Positions 25,371-38,329 are shown, numbered from the stretch's first letter. The stretch: DNA of 64,000 nucleotides from Eledone cirrhosa (GCA_964016885.1 OZ024755.1:33790001-33854000), one strand, 5' to 3'. Notes: generated from the sequence alone by a model not told the origin. A program made the numbers and translations.

Positions 25371-26167
25371 TGTTTTGTTTTCTCCCTTAAAGTAGCAAGT
25401 TCCATCTGTTTTGTTTTCTCCCTTAAAGTAGCAAGTACCATCTGTTTTGTTTTCTCCCTTAAAGTAGCAAGTTCCATCTGTTTTGTTTTCTCCCTTAAAG
25501 TACCAAGTTCCATCTGTTTTGTTTTCTCCCTTAAAGTACCAAGTTCCGTCTGTTTTGTTTTCTCCCTTAAAGTAGCAATTTCCATCTGTTTTGTTTTCTC
25601 CCTTAAATTAGCAAGTACCATCTGTTTTTTCTCCCTTAAAGTAGCAAGTTCTGTCTGTTTTGTTTTCTCCCTTAAAGTACCAAGTTCCATTTGTTTTGTT
25701 TTCTCCCTTAAAGTAGCAAGTTTCATCTGTTTTGTTTTCTCCCTTAAAGTACCAAGTTCCATCTGTTTTGTTTTCTCCCTTAAAGTACCAAGTTCTGTCT
25801 GTTTTGTTTTCTCCCTTAAAGTAGCAAGTTTCATCTGTTTTGTTTTCTCCCTTAAAGTACCAAGTTCCATCTGTTTTGTTTTCTCCCTTAAAGTACCAAG
25901 TTCTGTCTGTTTTGTTTTCTCCCTTAAAGTAGCAAGTTCCATCTGTTTTGTTTTCTCCCTTAAAGTACCAAGTTCTGTCTGTTTTGTTTTCTCCCTTAAA
26001 GTACCAAGTTCCATCGGTTTTGTTTTCTCCCTTAAAGTAGCAAGTTCCATCTGTTTTGTTTTCTCCCTTAAAGTACCAAGTTCCGTCTGTTTTGTTTTCT
26101 CCCTTAAAGTACCAAGTTCCGTCTGTTTTGTTTTCTCCCTTAAAGTACCAAGTTCCATCTGTTTTGT
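25371..26167. repeat. 36-bp minisatellite (TGTTTTGTTTTCTCCCTTAAAGTASCAAGTTCCATC), ~22 copies
   Basis: 36-nt period; 12-aa repeats on both strands (MELGTLREKTKQ / CFVFSLKVPSSI). Confidence 0.96.
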
Positions 26168-26830
26168 GGTTATAGTTGTTTCCCCACCTTTTTTATTTTA
26201 TTTTACTGAAATGAAGTATCCCAAACTATAAACTAACAGTTTTTTTGGCTGGATTGAAGAATGTTATGTTATTGCATTCTTGAGAGAAATAGTTGCTGCT
26301 GGAAAGTGGTTGGTATGAGGAAGTGGTTGGCATGAGGAAGTGGTTGGTATGAGGAAGGGCATCCAGTCGTAGAAACAAAGTTGAAAACGAAATATAACTA
26401 CAAGACAGACCCCCTGACCTGTCTGACCCCAGAACACGACAATCCATTTAATGAATGCAAGCATGGAAAATAAATATTAAATTGTGATGACAGCAACAAC
26501 GATGATGATGAGTTTTACCCATTCTAGATACTATAGCCTCGGAGCAACCTCTTCCCTTGCTAATCTGATCACCTAGATATCAGAATCTATCAAACACCTC
26601 TATAGATCCTACCTGTGTTTGAAAAATGTGCCTATCACTGACACACCTACTACCAATTTTCCCTGAACATCTATTACGTATGAAGTTTTCCTACGCACAT
26701 ACACACACACATACATACATATATATACATATATATATATACATACAGTTCGGAATACAAGGAACAGACAATGCAGGAGTACCTGTTACAAAAGGTATTA
26801 GTTTCAAGCTCGGTGAGAGTGGGGGGGGGA

Positions 26831-26863
26831 TGACATTTCAGACATAAGTCCTTCATCAGGAGA
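26831..26863 (-). ncRNA. Decayed minimal hammerhead motif
   Basis: Minus strand: CTGATGA-a-ggac(ttat)gtct-GAAAT-GTC; 3' strand of stem I not recognisable; lies ~90 nt from a (TA)-rich tract. Confidence 0.4.
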
Positions 26864-27004
26864 GTGGGGGGGGGGAACTCTGAGAAGGAGTGAGGGGCGG
26901 GGGATTAGCAAGAAAAAGGAGATAAAGATAAAACATGAAAAGGAAAATGAAAGTTAAAATTTATAAAAAGGTGAGAGGGGTGTAGGATATTTCCAAGCAA
27001 AGTG

Positions 27005-27570
27005 TAAATCACTATATCTTGCTTTTATGGACCTAAAGAAGGCCGCTGACAGAGAAGCTCATTATGTCACCTGGCAGAGCCTAAGGAAACTAGACATAGA
27101 AGAATGGCTTGTGAGAGTGATGCAGTGTAGTTAAAGTAGGTGATGAGTTTAGTGAGGAATTCAATGTTCAGGTAGGCGTCCTACAGGGAACAGTCCTAAG
27201 CACATTACTGTTTATTATAGTTTTCCAGGCCATAAAGGTAGAGTTTAATTTGGCTGCCCATGGACATTTCTGTAATCTGATGACTTGTTTCTAATAGCTG
27301 AATAAGGGGAAGTATTAGAGGAGAAATTATGGCTTCTTTTGAAACAGAGATTACAAAACTGATTTGAGTAAACTTGGGAAAAACTGAAGTCTTAGTGTGT
27401 AGGAAAGAAAATGAAACCTTGATTCCTTCAGGGAAGAGACCTCGCTTAATATGTAGAAAAGGAGTAGGTATAAATTCTATTTGATGTACCCAAAGTAAAT
27501 CTTAGGTACACAAGAAGAATTGTTATGGAATGGCAGGCAGACTAACACAAAAGGTAGACTTTACATGGTG
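27005..27570 (+). mobile_element. Decayed RTE LINE RT fragment
   Basis: LYLAFMDLKKAADR...WQSLRKLDIEEWLVRVMQ...QVGVLQGTVLSTLLFIIV; similar to the copy starting at 29239. Confidence 0.85.
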
Positions 27571-27714
27571 TAAAGTTGTTTGTCAGATGACTAGTCAGGC
27601 CTTTCAACATGACAAGCTGTCTAACATATTGCAAGCATGGAAAATAGATGATAAACAGTGATGCTGCTGTTGCTGTTGATGGGGTGGGGGAGGAGGATGT
27701 GTTTGTATATTAAA

Positions 27715-28162
27715 ACATTACCATTTACATTACTCTATATTAATTGTTTCTACTTTTGGCACAAGGCCAGCAATTATACCAGTGTATTACTGGTACTCTA
27801 TTTTATCGACCCGCACAATTATGTCACATAATATCGAATCTATGAGATTTTGATATTATCTATTTTGAGAAAAATACCTTAACGTTAGTATGAGCAGCCG
27901 GTTATGGCCAGTTTGAACTGAAAGAGGTGAGAGATTTCTGGCCAGATACAGCCGGTTTAACCTGTATTTAAACCGGTCAAATCCAGCTAGAATTCTCTCA
28001 CCTTTTTCTGTTCAAACTGGTTGTAACTGGCCACTTATATTAAGGTATTGTTCTGAAAATACATAATATCAAAATCTTGTAGATTCGATATTATGTGAGA
28101 TAAAGCCTTTAACATGAAAATATAATAGTATATATAGAGTAATGTAAATGTTAAAGGGTTAA
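27715..28162. mobile_element. Two MITE M1 parts joined in inverted orientation (with a SINE A fragment at ~27742-27812)
   Basis: Left part reads '...tctggccagatacagccggtttaa', right part 'ttaaaccggtc...gaattctctcacc...aatgttaaagggttaa'. Confidence 0.8.
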
Positions 28163-28905
28163 ACAAGTAAAGAATGTACATAATGAGAGAAATGGAAATT
28201 GGCAGAATCATCTGAGCGTTGGAAACAATTTATTGCAGCAATTTTACTGGCGCCACACTCCTAGTTGAAATACCAAGTTTAACTTTGTCTTTTATCTTTG
28301 TGATATTGATAAATAATGTATCAGTCTAGGGTGGTGAATTTGCAAGAATGTTAGAACATCAAATGATGCCTTGCAGTATTTGTTCTGGCTCTTTGCATTC
28401 TGAGTTCAAATTTCATAGTCTTATTTGAGAGGTAGACTTAATCTGTTGCTTTCATTAATACTACAAAATGGCTGTTCAGGGTCTTTACTGTACTCCAATC
28501 TGTTGCCCATATTCTAGTCAAGTGTGAAGATCTGAGGATACTTTTACTTTCCACCTGCCATCTAGTAATAAGGGCTTGCTAAAAATGATCATGAACCATG
28601 TCCATCCCTCTATTACCACACGGTAAAATAAAATATCTTCCTAAGTATACTTGAATACATAATTGTACACATATTTACATAGCTTTGCCATTGAGTACTT
28701 TCTGACATTTCATTTATATAATAAAGAGATACAGTTGTATGTGTATATATACATACATACACAGACACACATACATACATATATATATACATATATATAT
28801 ATACATATATATACATATATATATATACATATATATACATACATATATATATATATATATACATATATATACATACATATATATATATATATATACATAC
28901 ATATA

Positions 28906-28961
<56 letters not shown>

Positions 28962-28963
28962 CG

Positions 28964-29012
<49 letters not shown>

Positions 29013-29238
29013 ATATATATATATACATGTATATACATATACACGCATATATATACATGTATATATATATATATATACATGCATATATATATACATGTAT
29101 ATATATATATGTATATATATCGTTTCTGAATTTGTTTAGCAAGATGACCCTCCCAAAGTATAACAATATATATATATATATGTATATATAAATATACATA
29201 TATATATATATGTATGCATACATACACACACACACATA

Positions 29239-30411
29239 TGTGAGGACAGTGCAAGCTATGTACAGGGGTGCTGTCAGTAAAGTGAGAGTAGGAATGGAGT
29301 TTAGTGAGGAATTCCAGATACAAGTAGGAGTACATCAGGGTTCGGTCCTCAGCCCGCTCTTGTTCATTAAAGTCCTCCAAGCCATAACAGAGGAGTTTAA
29401 GACTGGCTGCCTATGGGAACTTCTCTATGCTGACGATCTGGTTCTTATAGCAGAATCAGTAGAGGAGTTAGAGAATAAATTCTGGCTATGGAAACAGCAG
29501 TTGGAATCAAGAGGACTGAGAGTGAACCTAGCTAAGACAAAAGTGTTGATGAGTAGAAAAGAGGACAAAACTCTGATTCCATCGGGGAAATGGCCATATT
29601 CGATATGTAGGAAAGGAACTGGCATAAATTCCATAAAATGTACGCAATGCAGATCTTGAGTACACAAGAGATGTAGTGGGATAGCAGGCAAACTAACAGG
29701 TAGGGAAAATTACGTATGCAGTAGATGTACAGGGAAAGCTGGCAGTAGTAATTGCAGTGATAGACACATCTTTCCAATGCCGGTGGGTTCTATAGAAGTG
29801 GCTGATAGCTTCCGGTACTGATGTGATCAGAATAGCATGGGGGGGGGGGGTCCAAAGCCATAGTATCTAGAATAAGGATGGGTTGGAAGAAATTTAGGAG
29901 CTGCTTCCTCTGATGACAAAGAAGGGTTTCTTCCTGCGTATGAAAGGCTAGTTATATGATGCCTGTGTGAGATGTGCGATGCTGGTAGTGAGACATGGGC
30001 AGAAACTGCAGAAGATATGCGACGGCTGGAGAGAAATGAAGCAAGCATGCTCTGTTGGATGTGCAATGCCAATGTGCGTGAACGACCAGGCATAGATGGG
30101 TTGAGAAAGATACTGGGTATAAGAGGGATAAGTTGTAGTGTGCGAGAGAGAAGACTGAGATGGTATGGACATGTGATGTGCATGGAGGATGACCGCTGGG
30201 TAAAGAAGTGCCAAGAAATCCCAGTAGAAGGAAGACGCAGCAGAGGAAGACAACGGAAAACATGGGCGGAGGTGGTGAGAGCAGACCTCAGATTGCTGAA
30301 ACTCACCGTTGAGATGATGAAGGACTGTGACAAGTGGAGAGATGCTGTGCTGAATTGGACCCATCCAACCCTTGCAAGCAAGGAAAAGCGGACGGAAAAT
30401 GATGATGATGA
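29239..30411 (+). mobile_element. 5'-truncated RTE-clade LINE (RT core, Cys-rich insert, C-terminus, 3' tail), frameshifted
   Basis: [34 protein letters not shown], Cys-rich finger (ICRKG..NSIKCTQC..VHKRCSGI..CSRC), [27 protein letters not shown]; tail 'caacccttgcaagcaaggaaaagcggacggaaaat(gat)n'; flanked by (TA)n. Confidence 0.95.
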
Positions 30412-30437
30412 TATACATACATACATACATACATATA

Positions 30438-30483
<46 letters not shown>

Positions 30484-30553
30484 TAATATTTACAAATGTA
30501 CATGCGCATACACAGACACCCACACATATTCAGGGAGACCCACACAGACACAG

Positions 30554-30641
<88 letters not shown>

Positions 30642-31386
30642 GTGTGTATATACCACCAGATATATGCTTAATAATTGCCAATTCCTATTGGCTAAATTTT
30701 GTATATATTGTTATGGAAATCTTCTTTATATAAATGTATTTTTCCCCTGTTTTCTATATTATTTATTATGTTCTCTTTTGCAGGATTTTACAGTTACCCC
30801 CTTCACAATCTCACATTTGACATTTGGATTTCACTGAAAGGAAAGCTAATTTTGTGTGGGAGATTACTGAACACTCCTTGCAATGAACCAACTTAACAAC
30901 CATGTTGCTGGTATATTCTCCATGGTTATCCCCAGGCAAACGATGACACATCAAATTCAGTATAAAGTGACATTTTTACCTGATTTACTCTTTTAGCTGT
31001 AACATGGTTATGTGGTTACATAGTCTTCCTTCAATATCTGTCTACCCTTTCATTTGTACATGTATACATACAGATATATATATACATAGATATATATATA
31101 CATACAAATATATATATATACATAGATATATATACATACAAATATATATATACATAGATATATATACATACACATATATATATACATAGATATATATACA
31201 TAGATACATACACACATATATACATACATATATACATATGTACATACATATATACATATATACAAAAATAGATACATATATACATACAAGCAAGCATACA
31301 GACAGACAGACAGACACATGCAGACATATATATGAGTATATATATTATATGTAGGTTTGGGTATTTATGTCTGTAAGTGTATATGC

Positions 31387-31440
<54 letters not shown>

Positions 31441-31531
31441 GTATATATATATATATATGCATATATATATATATATGCATATATATATATATATGCATAT
31501 ATATATATGCATATATATATATGCATATTTC

Positions 31532-31830
31532 TATCATCATCATCTTCATCGTTTTATGTCCGTTCTTCCACGGTAGCATGGGTTAGACAGGTTGTCCTGT
31601 TGTGGGCAGTGTCCGGTTGGCTGACCATGACTTGCTCATACAGGAGCTGATTCTGGCTTAATTTCTACAGCTGGATGCCCTTCCTAACACCAACCTCATT
31701 TACAGTGAGTGCTTTTTTCCCGTGGCACCTATACGTCCACTTTCCAGTGGGAGGTGGGGGCATATTGTCTATATGCTTCATCTTCGGCTTCTTCCTGTGG
31801 GGGGGTCAGGTCTTCTGTATTACTGCGTGT
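31532..31830 (-). mobile_element. RTE-type 3'UTR fragment carrying the V-like motif
   Basis: Reverse complement of ~42930-43270 (same 'gcatatagacaatatgcccc', 'aggaagggcatccagctgtagaaa', tail). Confidence 0.8.
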
Positions 31831-31974
31831 CGCCATATATACAGTATATAAATACAAATACATAAATAAATATATATATTTATATATATATATGTGTGTG
31901 TGTGTTTGTGCGTGTATATATGATATATATATAAATATAAATATGGTGATATTTCTGGTTTATATAAAAAAACG

Positions 31975-32176
31975 CACAGTCCACGTTGTAATGTGGCCGT
32001 GTAGGTAACACGGTAAAAACCTCCCAGTCCACACTGTAAACGTGGTTGGTGTTAGGAAGGGCATCCAGCCGTAGAAAACCCGCCAGACAGTCCTATACGA
32101 GTAGGACAACCAATCTTACCTCAAGTGGGAAAACTCCCGTCCAAACCCATGCAAGCGTGGAAGATGGACGTTAAAC

Positions 32177-32207
<31 letters not shown>
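31975..32207 (+). mobile_element. RTE-type 3'UTR fragment with (GAT)n tail
   Basis: Same family as 46755-47130 and 50392-50745; ends 'aacccatgcaagcgtggaagatggacgttaaac(gat)n'. Confidence 0.8.
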
Positions 32208-32340
32208 TATGTATGTATCCATAAACCGCTGTTGAGTTGTAGGAGTTCCATAGCAACATGTAGCATTTCTTTGGCATTTTTAAAACCTGGCAGAGACTGT
32301 CCCATCTGCTATTATTTGCAGTAACTATGACCCCATTGCG

Positions 32341-32722
32341 TAATAATTGTTTCTACTTTTGGCACAAGGCCAGCAATTACCCCAGTGCATTACTGGTGCT
32401 TTATTTTATTGACCCCGTAAGGATGAAAGGCAAAGGTAACCTCAGCGGGAGTTGAACTCAGACCGTAAAGGGCCGTAACTCTATGCTTCAAAACATGGCG
32501 TCCGACCCTCTACCGATACTGCCAATCCACCCTTTCTGTAATAATTGTTTCTACGTTTGGCACAAGGCCAGTAATTACCCTGTGCATTACTGGTACTTTA
32601 TTTTATCGACCCCGTAAGGATGAAAGGCAAAGTTAACCTCGGCGGGATTTGAACTCAGAATGGCAAGGAACGTAACTCTATGCGTCAAAGCATGGCGTCC
32701 GACCCTCTACCGATACTGCCAA
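32341..32722 (-). mobile_element. Two tandem SINE family A copies
   Basis: Two complete modules; the pair is flanked by 'tgcgtaataat' on both sides. Confidence 0.9.
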
Positions 32723-32875
32723 TGCGTAATAATCTCCACCAACCAGACCCATTCTCATAACTAACAGATAGACTTATTTAAACAATAGAGCAGGATCTGC
32801 CTAACAAACCAACATTTCTGCAACCAACTGAAGCCATCCTGAACCATTTGAAATTAGAAATACTTATTAAATGCA

Positions 32876-33049
32876 TAACCCTTTAGCATTTACATTACTC
32901 TATAATTACTATTGTATTTTCATGGTAAAGGTTTTATCTCATATAATTATATCAGAATCTATGAAATTTTGATATTATTTATTTTGAGAATAATACCTTA
33001 ACATAAGTATTAGTGGCTGGTTATGACCGGTTTAAATCCTAAAGGGTTA
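32876..33049. mobile_element. MITE M1, internally deleted
   Basis: taaCCCTTTAGCATT ... ctaAAGGGtta. Confidence 0.8.
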
Positions 33050-34204
33050 CATAACTTAATACGGAAACCACATTGAGGGATAAAAATGTGTGTGAAAATA
33101 TTGAAGTTAACCTAGGTAAAATTTTAAATAATATATGCAGTTTAAAATGTAAGTAATACTATTTTAATAAACATACAATTTTACTATAGCTAAGAAAAGT
33201 TAACAAAGTAAAAGAACATAACCAAAGATATTATCTTCCCATGAGCAGAAAAAAATGGAATAGATCTGACATTAGCTTTTGGTCATCTTAGTTGTTCACC
33301 AGAGAAGTAATACCCAACTTCTCTCCACAATGAGTACAGTTGTTAATAGCTATTTATAGTGTCTATAAATCAGAATTCAGCTAAATTGGACAATCTAATA
33401 TGCATAAGTGCTGACAGTATAGATTAACTCTGTGGATAACAAACTGCCTGAAACTGTCTTTGGTTCTGTGATATATAGATATTTATTTTAAGGTTATATA
33501 TTTATTGCAGAGATTTCCAACATGGCTGTCTTTGTTCTATTATGTTCCAAACATTGGCTTAATAATGAGAAATTCCTGATTATTTTCAAAATTATTTGAA
33601 AATTATAGGCACTGTCTTTGCTCATATGAAATTTTGATATTATTTATTTTGAGAATAATACCTTAACATAAGTATTAGTGGCCGGTTATGACCGGTTTAA
33701 ATCCTAAAGGGTTACATAACTTAATATGGAAGCCACATCGAGGGATAAAAATGTGTGTGAGAATATTGAACAATATGGCTGAACAATGAGCAGTTTCTGT
33801 TTATTTGCTATATGAGGTATATCTTTTTGTAATAACCATATAATTTTAGCTAACAAGTTACACTACAGAGGTTAAAATGATATTTGTTTCAAGTTTCTGG
33901 GGCCATAATCAGAGAAAGAATACTCGAGAAAAAAGTAGTAGCTAATATCTATTCATAGTGTATACAAACCAGAACCCTTAGTAATTTCTCCGATATCAGA
34001 AGACAGGTAATCTTTATCTTATGAACGTTTAAGATGATGAGAAACTAGTCAGATTGTTCCCATGTTTCTACCAATACAGATTTGAAGTCAACAGTGTAAA
34101 CACTTCATGTACTTTCCATGGGGAGACTAAAATTGTATACTTATTAAAAAGGGTTTACTTTACATTTGAAATTATTCAAAAACTGTACACAATACTTAGA
34201 ACTT

Positions 34205-34349
34205 GATTTTATAGTCCTGATGAAGGGGCATGTTGGGATTTTATAGACCTGATGAAGGGACATGTTGGAATTTTATAGACCTGATGAAGGGACATGTTGG
34301 GATTTTATAGTCCTGATGAAGAGAAATGACCCAGAAACATGTTGACTGT
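34205..34349 (+). ncRNA. Minimal type I hammerhead (34307-34349) preceded by three 32-bp deletion-derivative repeats
   Basis: atagtc-CTGATGA-agagaaatgaccca-GAAAC-at-GTT-gactgt; stem I 6 bp, palindromic acatgt, weak stem II; upstream 32-nt units 'gattttatagWcctgatgaagggRcatgttgg'. Confidence 0.7.
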
Positions 34350-34463
34350 TCCTCAATGCTGCTGTTGAACAAATGGATAACGATAGTCATCAAAAACATA
34401 GCATAGTGAGGCTGTTTGCTTGCAAATGAATCATCGTCACCACACCTACCCCACCTTCACTGC

Positions 34464-34500
<37 letters not shown>

Positions 34501-34800
34501 ACCACCATCACTACTACAACCACCACCACCACCACCACCACATAATCCTCATCATCACCACCACCACCACCACCACCACCACCACCACTACTACAACCAC
34601 CACCACCACCACCACCACCACCACCACCACCACCACCACCACCACTTTACGTCTGCTTTTCCATGATTGCATGGGTTGGATATTATCTTTTGATGTTTCA
34701 TGGATCAAGAAAAATGTTATTGTTTCCTTCAATGCCAAAGCTGGCTCAAGAATCTCAAAGGAAGTTTGCAAAAATCACAAATTATTTATTTTATATTTAG

Positions 34801-34990
34801 GGCGGTGGATTGGCAGTATCGGTAGAGGGTTGGACGCCATGCTTTCCAGCATAGTTACGTCCCTTTACGATCTGAGTTCAAATCCCGCCGAGGTTGACTT
34901 TGCCTTTCATCCTTACGGGGTCGATAAAATAAAGTACCAGTAATGCACTGGGTCATTGCTGGCCTTGTGCCTAAAGTAGAAACAATTATT
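34801..34990 (+). mobile_element. SINE family A, full length
   Basis: A/B boxes and body as above; flanked by 'acaa(a)ttatttatttta' duplication. Confidence 0.92.
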
Positions 34991-35152
34991 TATTTTACAT
35001 TTAATCCCTATTAAATTCCAGAATCTAATGGGTGCACAGTACAGAGATGATGGCCTATTGCCTCTTGAAAATATGAATAATTAACAACCTGTATAGATTT
35101 AGAAAATTCCCTGTTGAATTATTCAAAGAACTATATTCAAAGATCACAATGC

Positions 35153-35462
35153 ATCATCATCATCATCATCATTAGTCTCTTGACTTCTGTAGTTGTCGGA
35201 GAGATTCTACTGCAAAGGCAGCACACACTCAAAGTAGTCTCTCAACGGTGGCCGACAATGAATCTGGTGTCATCAGATGTGTCCATTCTTTGACATTGTC
35301 CAACCAGTTTTTGCTTTGGTGTCCCCCCCCCCTCCTGCATCCACCTTCAACGGTGCCTTGCATGATGGTCTTGCATAGGCTGTCATGTCATGTGACGTGA
35401 CCAAACTATGCCAGTTTCCTCCATTTGACAGTGGCGAGAAGAGGTTCCTGGTGACCCACAAA
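35153..35462 (-). mobile_element. RTE (BovB-like) LINE 3' end
   Basis: Minus strand: EPLLATVKWRKLA*FGHVT*HDSLCKTIMQGTVEGG..RG...KNWLDNVKEWT, then (GAT)n tail. Confidence 0.85.
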
Positions 35463-35661
35463 ACTTTTAACTTTACTCCACACGTATTCATTGGTTTTAC
35501 ATTCCCAACAGGAAATACAAAGGAGTTTTCTCATACATTTGTCCTCAATATGTTCACAATACATACCAACTAAAAAAATACTCAACTTTAAAAATATACA
35601 TTCTTAAACACAGACATTTATTGATACTAAGATACTATCCTCATAGAAAGCTAAATAAAAT

Positions 35662-35930
35662 CATCATCATCATTCTTCGACTACTGTCGAGATGATGGAT
35701 CTCACTCTCATGCCCCAGAATTCCCTGTCCCCCAGGTCCTGTCTACTGATTCCCGTATCCCTAGAGATCATTATGATCAGAAACAGGACCCGGGAAAGCA
35801 GGGGCTGGACCTATATCAACAGGTATACCATATAGTGTGGTTCCGAGGAACAGGAACCCTGGTGCAGTTAGTTGCAAAATCCATCATCTTTTCAAATAGC
35901 TAATAATGTGTGTGGGCGCCACTACTACAC
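35662..35930 (-). mobile_element. RTE/RTEX-like LINE 3' end with 'aataaaat' TSD
   Basis: Minus strand ...ISRDTGISRQDLGDREFWGMRVRSIISTVVEE* then (TGA)n; the flanking 8-mer is duplicated. Confidence 0.7.
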
Positions 35931-36083
35931 AATAAAATACTGAAATACATTAACATAAAATATAACCAACCGCCAGCTATATTAAACAATGCTTTATGGA
36001 ATATTAACATTCATTTGTTCAACATATTACACAAAGTACAACCTTTCAATAATGTTAGAAATTACCATCATAATGCATTAAGA

Positions 36084-36227
36084 GACGGTCATGGGAACAG
36101 AGTCCTCAAAAACTCTTTCCAGCAGGTCCTGTCAGAGGCAACTGTCTTCAACTGATCTAGCTGGATCATCTAGTGAGACCAGCGAAGCTCATGAAATGTT
36201 ATCAAACCATCTTGCTCAGGGTCTTAC
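36084..36227 (-). mobile_element. RTE (Expander-like) C-terminal fragment between 185-bp direct repeats
   Basis: RP*ARWFDNI../ELRWSH*MIQLDQLKTVASDRTCWKEFLRTLFP*P; second copy at ~38330-38500. Confidence 0.75.
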
Positions 36228-36291
36228 TGATACTAAGATACTATCCTCATAGAAAGCTAAATAAAATACTGAAATATATTAACATAAAAAA

Positions 36292-36635
36292 TGGAGGCAC
36301 ATGGCTTAGTGGTTAGAGCATTGGCCTTGCAATCGAAAGGTTGTGAGTTCAATTCTCAGACCAGGTGATGTGTTGTTTCCTTGAGCAAGACACTTTATTT
36401 CACATTGCTCCAGTTTACTCAGCTGTAGAAATGAGATGATAGAGACTGGGGTCCCTATCATTCCACTGCAAAGTGGTCATGGAGGTGTCACGGCAAAAAA
36501 GCACCCAGCACTCACTGTAAAATGAGGTTGGTGTTAGGAAGGGCATCCAGCTGTAGAAATCAAGCCAGCATCAGTTCCCGTCCCCCCACCCTTGCAAGCA
36601 GGGAAAAAGTGGACGTAAAATGAAATGATGATGAT
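36292..36635 (+). mobile_element. SINE family B, full length
   Basis: Near-identical to 12115-12455. Confidence 0.92.
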
Positions 36636-37968
36636 AACCAACCGCCAGCTATATTAAACAATGCTTTATGGAATATTATCATTCATTTGTTCAACATATT
36701 ACACAAAGTACAACCTTTCAATAATGTTAGAAATTACCATCATAATGCATTAAGAAAGAGTTGCTTTAAGGAAAATATATATCACATGAATACACTAATA
36801 TTTAGAAGTTGTTTTTTTTTCAAAATAAGGCATATATTTAGGATTGTATTATTCAATGACTTCTTTCTCATTTCAAGTAATGATTTGAAGGAAATTTTGT
36901 TTTGCAGCTATTTCTAACAGGTGGTGGGGGGGGGGGGGGGGGGGGGGGGTCCTCCTTTGGCTTGTTGTTTACAGATGTGATTGTAAGTATCTGTGACACA
37001 ATCTGTGTGTTTATTATACGAGAATGTTTTCAACACGCTGATGCATATGTATATATGTGTATGTCTGTGTGCATGTGTGTATGTGCATATGCATACATTT
37101 ATATGTATGAGTATAGAAAGATAAATGCGTAAACACAGACACACTTACAAAAATACACACTCACAAAAATACACACTCAGACACATACATTCACACAAAC
37201 ACAACAAAAATAAACTCTCACAGACATACATTCACACAAACACACACATACATTCACACAAACACACACATACATTCACAGAAACACACACATATACATT
37301 TACACAAACACACATATACACATACACACACACAGTGTAGCAAATGGAACACCAACAGCTGTTTTGTTATAGTTTTTTTTCCTCATCCCCTTCCTTCCTT
37401 CCTTTTTACACACGCACACATTCACACACGCACACATTCACACACGCACACATTCACACACACAGACACACACATCGTGTGACAGACGGAAGTCGTACAC
37501 ACTTATATATAGATAAAAGCTACTTTATGTTCTAATGAATCGTTTGAATAATGTTACAGATCTATATTGAGCATGTTATTTTGTCATTCTATTAGACAGG
37601 ATGTTAGCATATGTGTTCATCATGTTTTTTAATAAGTGTGTAAACCAATTGTTGCATTGTTATGTTATGGCACTATTATATACGAACTTTGGCATTGAAA
37701 GAATGTTTGTTACTTTTGTTAAAGCTGCATATGGCTTTCATTTCAGTAGCACAAATTACAATTGGTAGTTTAGCATGTAGTATTTTGTATTGATTGCAAT
37801 GAATTCATTTGATTGATTTGTTAAGATAATGATGTACCAAATAGGCCATGCATGTTACTCAATAGATATCATATAGATACAAGCAGAAAAGCCTTCATTT
37901 GGTAAACGAGAACAATAGTTACTTTTGATGAATGTGTAGGTTGTTTCTTTTGATAATTTTAGTAACAT

Positions 37969-38225
37969 TTAACCCTTTAGTGTTCAAACCGGCCAAAACC
38001 GGCCAGAATTCTCTACCTTTTTCTGTTGAAACTGGCTGTAACTGGTTGCTCAAACTTATGTTAAGGTATTGTTCTCAAAATAAATACTTTCAAAATCTCA
38101 TAGATTCGATATTATGTGAGATAATTATGTGAGGTAAAGCCTTTACCATGAAAATATAATAGTATATATAAAATAATTGTTTCTACTTTTGGCACAATAA
38201 AATAATGTGAATGCTAAAGGGTTAA
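37969..38225. mobile_element. MITE M1
   Basis: TTAACCCTTTAG ... GCTAAAGGGTTAA. Confidence 0.85.
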
Positions 38226-38329
38226 GAGGTCATAGCTGTTTCGTTATTTTCTTGGTTTCTGCAACAATATTTCTTATGCCAGGAATGTTTCTTAGTATCT
38301 AGTCCAATACGAAATACAAATATTTTAGT

